DNA from: Spirochaetia bacterium
GTDB taxonomy: Bacteria > Spirochaetota > Spirochaetia > SZUA-6 > Bin103
Length of the DNA: 64,000 bases
Direction of reading: 5' to 3'
Assembly: GCA_965203905.1 (NCBI GenBank)
Contig: CBDBDQ010000005.1
Span: 6,944,001 to 7,008,000, forward strand
Below, piece by piece: positions 58,591 to 64,000 of this stretch. The notes under the pieces are model-generated. The model was not told the origin of the DNA, searched no databases, and worked only from the letters and a program-made list of their open reading frames with translations. The translations under genes were made by a program, and so were the position numbers. How positions within the stretch are numbered: position 1 is the first letter of the stretch; the number at the start of each line of letters is the position of its first letter.

Positions 58591-59038
58591 GAGAGTAACG
58601 CGCAGACTGGTCTTGGACCGCCTTGGACGTGTGGAGGCATCACTTGCGGAGATCCGCAAGTTGCCGCTGGATAGTATCGAGTCCTTCCAATCGGACTCGC
58701 GCAACGTGTGGACCGCCGAGTCGTGTCTTCGCCGCTCGCTTGAGGCCTTGCTCGACGTAGGTCGACACCTGATAGCGAAGCTGGCCGCAACCGGCGTCAC
58801 CGAGTACCAGGCGGTAGGGCGAAGCCTTGGCGAGCACGGCGTATTGGACGCACCAACGGTGGATCTTCTGGTGAAGCTCGCCGGCTACCGGAACCGCATG
58901 GTCCACTTCTACCACGAGATCACAGCCGCGGAGCTGTTCGGCATATGCGCCAGTGAACTGCAAGACCTGGAGCGGATCCGCGTGGCATACGTGCAGTGGA
59001 TGGCCCAGCATCCCGAACTGGTCGACGACGACCTCTGA
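58580..59038 (+). CDS. HEPN/DUF86 RNase toxin (type VII TA); probable start at ACG 58580 (TTG 58613 alternative)
   Basis: RNRMVHFY (Rx4HxY) motif; GGAGG 5 nt before the in-frame ACG. Confidence 0.8.
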   Translation, partial: TSPERVTRRLVLDRLGRVEASLAEIRKLPLDSIESFQSDSRNVWTAESCLRRSLEALLDVGRHLIAKLAATGVTEYQAVGRSLGEHGVLDAPTVDLLVKLAGYRNRMVHFYHEITAAELFGICASELQDLERIRVAYVQWMAQHPELVDDDL

Positions 59039-59053
59039 GCCCCATGGCGAGAC

Positions 59054-60043
59054 GTGATGCAGTCGCGGATTGAGTGGGAGAAGATCCCGAGTCCGGTGAT
59101 TGTGCGGGGGACACCGGAGGTGGCGCATCGCGATCCGGCGATTCACTACCACGACGGGGTGTTTCGCGTGTTCTACGGGCTGGCGCGGCTGATGGATCCG
59201 CCGGAGTTGGGGCGGGTGATGTTTCAGCTCGCGGTGATCAAGAGCACCGATCTGATCCACTGGAGCGAGCCGCGTACCCTTACGCCGCTGGACGACGACC
59301 TCAACCTCACCGATCCGGGCAACATCGTGCGCTACCGCGACCAGTGGATCATGACCGTGGAGAACTACCGCACCCCGTTCAGCCCCTCCGGCGGTCAGGA
59401 GACGACGCGCTGCTGGCTGCTGCGCAGCGACGACCTGGAGCGCTGGAGCGAGCCGGAGCTGATGCTGCTCAAGGGTCCGGAGGTGACGGAGGCGGAGATG
59501 GGCCGCTGCATCTGCCCCTGCCTGTTCCCCGACCGCCACGACCCCGACAAGTGGTGGTGCACCTTCAAGCAGGGCGGCTTCACCGTGGCGCCGGCGCGCG
59601 GGCTGGCGTTCGGCGGCACCGACATGCCGCGCCGCTCGCTGCTGCTGCAGAGCATGAACCTGTCCTGGAGCTACGACCTGGAACACTGGACCTGGTTCAC
59701 CCGCGCCGACAGCGAGGAGAGCTACTGCATGCTGGTAGAGGAGGACGGCTACGTGCTGATCGACTCGCCCGACAACGGCGTGGGGGTGAAGCTGTCGCCG
59801 GACCTGCTGCACTGGCACCAGGTCGGCCTCTACACCCTGGGACAGCGGCGCTGGCCGTGGGCGCAGGGACGGCTCAGCGGCGGGCAGGTGATCGACCTGC
59901 GCCAGGTGCCCGGGGTGGGCAAGTACGTGATGGTGTTCCACGGCTGCACCCCGGAGGGGAAGATCGCCAGCAACGTCCACGGCGCGGCCAGCCTGGGTCT
60001 GGCGTGGAGCGACGACCTGGCCAACTGGTACTGGCCGGAATGA
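59054..60043 (+). CDS. Uncharacterised 5-bladed propeller glycosidase-like protein (GH32/43/68-clan-like)
   Basis: HRDP, STDLIHW, SDDLERWSEP and SDDLANW; paralog of the next gene. Confidence 0.7.
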   Translation: MMQSRIEWEKIPSPVIVRGTPEVAHRDPAIHYHDGVFRVFYGLARLMDPPELGRVMFQLAVIKSTDLIHWSEPRTLTPLDDDLNLTDPGNIVRYRDQWIMTVENYRTPFSPSGGQETTRCWLLRSDDLERWSEPELMLLKGPEVTEAEMGRCICPCLFPDRHDPDKWWCTFKQGGFTVAPARGLAFGGTDMPRRSLLLQSMNLSWSYDLEHWTWFTRADSEESYCMLVEEDGYVLIDSPDNGVGVKLSPDLLHWHQVGLYTLGQRRWPWAQGRLSGGQVIDLRQVPGVGKYVMVFHGCTPEGKIASNVHGAASLGLAWSDDLANWYWPE

Positions 60044-61074
60044 GCCCGCCGCGCATCGACCTGCAGGCGATTCCCGGCCCCGTCATCCTGGCCGGGGACG
60101 AGCACACCGCCTACCGCGATCCGCTGCTCCACTACCACGAGGGCATCTTCCGGCTGTTCTGCTCCGTGGTGCGGGCGCGGCCGGACGGCAACGACCGCTT
60201 CCACGTCGGCGTGACCGAGAGCCGCGACCTGCGCTCGTGGGGACCGCTGCGCCCGGTCACCGATCCCGACGACCCGCGCAGTTTCTGCGGGCCGGGCGGC
60301 ATCGTCCGCCATGACGGCCGCTGGGTGCTGTGCCTGAGCAGCTATCCGCGGCCCGACGTACACGAAGCGCGCTGCTGGACCATGGCCAGCGCCGACCTGA
60401 AACACTGGCAGGAGCCCCGCGCGCTACAGCTCAAGGGGCCGGCGGTTCCGCTACCGGATACCGGGCGCGCCCTCGATCCCTACCTGTTCCGCGACAAGGA
60501 CGACCCGGAGCGCTGGTGGTGCTGCTACAAGCACGGCGGCGTGCTGCTCGGCCGCGCCCACGGCCTGGGCTTCGGCGGCACTCCCATTCCGCCCGACTCG
60601 CTGCTGCTGCAGAGCATGCAACTCTCCTACAGCCGCGACCTGGAGCACTGGACCCCCTACGCCCAGAGCGACGCCGAGGAGAACTACTGCGTGCTGGTCG
60701 ACCAGGCCGAGGACGAATACGTGCTGGTCCACTCCCCGGCCAACGGCATCGGCATCAAGCGCTCCACCGACTTGGTGAACTGGTACGACGAGTGCCTCTA
60801 CACGCTGGGCCAGCGACAGTGGCCGTGGGCGCAGGGTCGGATCACTGCCGGCCACCTCCTCGACCTGCGCCGCCACCCGGCAGTCGGCAAGTACCTGCTG
60901 ACCTTCCACGGCGCCACTCCCCGCGGCCGGCGCGAGCGCGCCCACCACGGCGCGGCCAGCATCGGCATCGCCTGGAGCGACGACCTGATGCGCTGGAACT
61001 GGCCGGAAACCCGCGGCCACGCACCGCACGCTGCCATCACGGGGCACACCCGGGCCGGCGGGAGCGGCGGGTGA
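60040..61074 (+). CDS. Tandem paralog of 59054-60043
   Basis: ATGA overlap; shares AYRDP, GL.FGGT..P..SLLLQSM.LS, YTLGQR.WPWAQGR and VGKY...FHG. Confidence 0.7.
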   Translation: MSPPRIDLQAIPGPVILAGDEHTAYRDPLLHYHEGIFRLFCSVVRARPDGNDRFHVGVTESRDLRSWGPLRPVTDPDDPRSFCGPGGIVRHDGRWVLCLSSYPRPDVHEARCWTMASADLKHWQEPRALQLKGPAVPLPDTGRALDPYLFRDKDDPERWWCCYKHGGVLLGRAHGLGFGGTPIPPDSLLLQSMQLSYSRDLEHWTPYAQSDAEENYCVLVDQAEDEYVLVHSPANGIGIKRSTDLVNWYDECLYTLGQRQWPWAQGRITAGHLLDLRRHPAVGKYLLTFHGATPRGRRERAHHGAASIGIAWSDDLMRWNWPETRGHAPHAAITGHTRAGGSGG

Positions 61075-61853
61075 CGTACGCGATCCTGTCCGACATTCAC
61101 GGCAACCTGGAAGCGTTGCAACAGGTGGAAGCCGCACTGCACGAGCTGCCGGGCGGTATCGACGGGTGTCTGAACCTGGGAGACCTGGTCGGCTACAACG
61201 CCGACCCTGCGGCGTGTCTGGCACGCGGCTTGCATCTCGCCACGTGCTGCATCCGTGGCAACCACGACAAAATAGTGGCAGGCATCGCCAGCGACCGGGA
61301 TCTCAACCCCGCAGCGCAGGCCGCGGCGCGCCGGCACCGACAGATGTTGTCGGCGGCCGATCGGGAGCGGCTGCGCGCCCTGCGGAAGGGGCCGGTGCAG
61401 GCGGCACCGGGGATCGTGCTGTGCCATGGATCACCGGATTTCGAGGACTTGTACCTGGCGGACGATTACGATGCGCGCGTGTCGTTCGAGGTGCTGCGTA
61501 CGCAGTTCCCGGACGCCCGGGTGTGCTTCTACGGCCACACCCACTTCCCGGTGGTGCTGCAGCAGCAACGGCCGGTGCGGCCGGAGCGTGCGATGAAGAC
61601 GCCGGTACGCAGCCTCGTGCTGAAGTCGGGCGCTTCGCTGGTGTTCGAAGAGGGGTGCAGGTATCTGGTCAACCCGGGGTCGGTCGGCCAGCCGCGCGAC
61701 GGCAACCCGGAGGCCGCGTTCGGCCTGTTCGACGCCGACGAGAACCGCTATACCCAGTACCGGGTGGCGTATCCGGTAGCGGAGGCGCAGCGCAAGGTCC
61801 GCGCGCTCGGCCTGCCGGAAGCGCTTGCCGAACGCCTGGCCACCGGCCGTTGA
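61071..61853 (+). CDS. Metallophosphoesterase family protein
   Basis: SDIHGN, LGDLVGY, RGNHD, HGSP, GHTH and NPGSVGQPRDG. Confidence 0.93.
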   Translation: MTYAILSDIHGNLEALQQVEAALHELPGGIDGCLNLGDLVGYNADPAACLARGLHLATCCIRGNHDKIVAGIASDRDLNPAAQAAARRHRQMLSAADRERLRALRKGPVQAAPGIVLCHGSPDFEDLYLADDYDARVSFEVLRTQFPDARVCFYGHTHFPVVLQQQRPVRPERAMKTPVRSLVLKSGASLVFEEGCRYLVNPGSVGQPRDGNPEAAFGLFDADENRYTQYRVAYPVAEAQRKVRALGLPEALAERLATGR

Positions 61854-61859
61854 GCACTT

Positions 61860-61953
61860 CGGCGTGGCGCCCTGCTGACCATCATGTATCCGTGCTCCAG
61901 CACGTGCGCTTCGATCACCGTTTCAAACGCGCTTCTCCGGTTCGTTCCGTCAC
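61860..61953 (-). pseudogene. hsdR: 5' remnant of Type I restriction subunit R (frameshifted, truncated)
   Basis: GTG overlapping the HNH stop gives MTERTGE, then after a 1-bp shift AFETVIEAHVLEHGY, resembling HsdR N-termini; ends at the convergent gene. Confidence 0.55.
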
Positions 61954-62593
61954 GCCCGTCCCCTTGCGGGACGCGCAATTTTCCTTTCCAGCCACCATAT
62001 GCCCACTTGCACGTAGGGATCGAGCAGCGGGGGCATGTTACGGCGCTCAATCTCGCGCTCCACGCGATGTCGGGGTACTGGTCTCCGTTGTCGCCGCCAC
62101 CAATGGAGGATGGCATCCAGTATCGCCCTGCGATGATTCCTGATTCGCGGGAGGTTCAGATTGAGCACGTCGTTCAGTTGCTCGTCGAATACCGGATCGT
62201 CGGAACGGATCGTACCGTCATTTGCGTAGCTGATGCGATCCTCTATGCGGCGCCGGGGGTCCGCTGGATTCCACCGCAAGTCTTGATCTCCCTTCAGCGT
62301 GTCACAGTGCTGCAGGCGAGAACGGCGGCCCTCCGCACCATGACAGGCGGCGAGCACGTTTCGATAATCGAGTTCGTCGTCCGGATAAGCGACCCTGCTT
62401 CGCCAGTGCTCGATCTTCATCGCGTTGGCCCCGCTCGCGATTCGGCACATGCAGTAACAACAGAGCCCACGCTGTTCTGTCACCAGTGCCCGCCGCAGAG
62501 CGTCCTTGTCCGCATAGTTGTCGTAGTCACCGTACGGCGTATTGCGGTGCGTCGTCAGGCTTGTCGGCTCCGACCCTTGACGATCGACCTCAT
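61950..62593 (-). pseudogene. PtuB/TIGR02646-like HNH endonuclease with a 1-bp frameshift near codon 7
   Basis: ATG 62593 (overlapping the ATPase stop) gives MRSIVKG, then shifted SEPTSL...EQRGLCCYC..RI...IEHW...N.LA.C...HCD..K. Confidence 0.8.
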
Positions 62594-63818
62594 TCGCTCT
62601 CTTCCAGGAACTCCAGGAGCGTATGAATCCGGGTCACCTCCGGATCATCGCTTCCAACCGTGTCGATCAACTGATCCAACGACCGTCGGGCCCGTCCAAA
62701 TGCATCGCCATCGATCTCACCCTTGATCCGTGCAAGTAGATCCAACACTTCCTTGGTGCGCGGATCGGCCTCCATGATCTCCTCCAGAACCCGACTGGAG
62801 TCGACGCCGAAGGAGTGTGTCGGCGGGAACGCCCCGTCCTCGGTAAGGATCTGGATGCGGTCGTGCTCGACTTCGCCGATCACCTGCGGCGAGTGAGTGG
62901 TTGCGATGAACTGACAGCGCGGAAACGTCTCCGTGAGCTTGCGCACGATCTGGCGCTGCCACTTCGGATGCAAGTGGAGATCGATCTCGTCGATCAATAC
63001 GACGGCACCGGCTTCGGTCGCCGGATCTTGTAGTGCGGGATTGGCCTCGCCCAACCGCCGCGTGAGATCCAGCGCAACCGCGAGTATACCGCGCTCCCCA
63101 TGAGAAAGCCGGCGCACCGGGAGTGCCGCACCACGGCGGCTGATCAGAACACTGAGCTCGTCGGCTCCTCCACGGTGAAGGTCTTCGTAACCGGGAAGGA
63201 AGCGCCGCACAGCGCTCTCCAGGCCGGTTAAGGCCGGCCGGTTGCGCTCGACGTTGAAGGTCTGTCTCACTTTCATCCAGTTCGCGAAGTAACCCATCCG
63301 AACCTCCCGGTCCGTAAGGGCACCCTCGTATGCCCGTGAGATGCCGCCTATAGGCAACTTTGGCCGCGTCTCTGACGCCACTGCCCGAGTCGTGGTGTAC
63401 ATCACCGCCAGGGGCCGGCCGTCGGCCTCGACTCCATCCTTCTCCGGCCGCTGCCCATAGACACCGGGATCCACAGGTGGCCACGCACCGATAAACCCTC
63501 TCCTTACCGGTCGCTCTGCACTGTGCTCACGAACCCGGTGCATCACGAAGTGAAACGATCCCGCCGCTTCAATGTCGCACTCGACTTCCAAGGCCTCCGC
63601 CTCCACGCGAACGTCGTCATCGCCGAATGGCCGTGGTGCCCCCGCGGCGGAGTTGTTATACACGCGTTCGAACTCGAACAGGCAGATCGCCAGCGCGTCG
63701 AGAAGGGTCGTCTTACCGACGCCGTTATCTCCGACCACCAAGTTGACCCTGGCTGGAAGTGCAACTCAGCCGTCTTGATGGACCGGACGTTGGTCAGCCT
63801 CAGATCGGTCACTCTCAT
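62590..63818 (-). pseudogene. PtuA-like AAA/ABC ATPase with a 1-bp frameshift at ~63745-63750
   Basis: MRVTDLRLTNVRSI...FQPG, shift, NLVVGDNGVGKTT (Walker A), LSHGE signature, VLIDEIDLHLHPKWQ and TTHSP. Confidence 0.85.
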
Positions 63819-64000
63819 GCCACACCCTGCACGTCGATCTTTCCAGTCACCGCGGCGGCTATCAGTGCCGTACGGCGCTCCCGGAGCAGCGCAACGGATG
63901 TATCGGCAGCGGAGATCAGTTCGACAAGCATGGATGTACGCGCTCGAACATGATCCACAATGGCTGTCTGCTCTGCGCGCGGCGGCACCGGAGCCTCAAT
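63815..64000 (-). CDS. hsdS: C-terminus of Type I restriction-modification specificity subunit (cut by window end)
   Basis: PVPPRAEQTAIV...LLRERRTALIAAAVTGKIDV; TGA overlaps the ATPase ATG. Confidence 0.85.
   Translation of the reverse strand: MEAPVPPRAEQTAIVDHVRARTSMLVELISAADTSVALLRERRTALIAAAVTGKIDVQGVA

Noticed and set aside
61950-63818. Retron system
   Set aside because: PtuAB-like genes are present but there is no reverse transcriptase or msr/msd in the window, and the upstream gene is hsdS. An RT beyond the window edge cannot be excluded.

Overview
High-GC bacterial DNA. The solute-binding proteins have N-termini of the 'signal peptide + (A/G)GxxE' type seen in spirochaetes, so a high-GC Spirochaetaceae-like host is plausible (inference only). 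Most of the window is an accessory carbohydrate-scavenging region: six solute-binding proteins and five permease pairs with no ABC ATPase and no transcription regulator, plus about 12 uncharacterised glycosidase-like proteins in several paralogous families (Asp-box/BNR sialidase-like, 5-bladed propeller-like, a Cys-motif pair), a GH78 enzyme and sugar oxidoreductases. Housekeeping genes are recQ and topA. Scattered through it are TA, defence and selfish modules: PIN/VapC, HicB, MNT-HEPN, an Rpn fragment, two tandemly duplicated coiled-coil/PD-(D/E)XK-like genes, and an HNH protein with in-frame palindromic repeats. At the right end is a Type I RM operon (hsdS, hsdR remnant) with a Septu/PtuAB-like AAA ATPase + HNH pair embedded in it; the ATPase, HNH and hsdR genes each carry a 1-bp frameshift. 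Other oddities are an in-frame amber codon in a sialidase-like gene, a probable ACG start on the HEPN toxin, a decayed topA fragment between the duplicated genes, and many apparently leaderless genes. I saw no rRNA, tRNA or CRISPR array. All calls come from reading motifs by eye; no database search was run.
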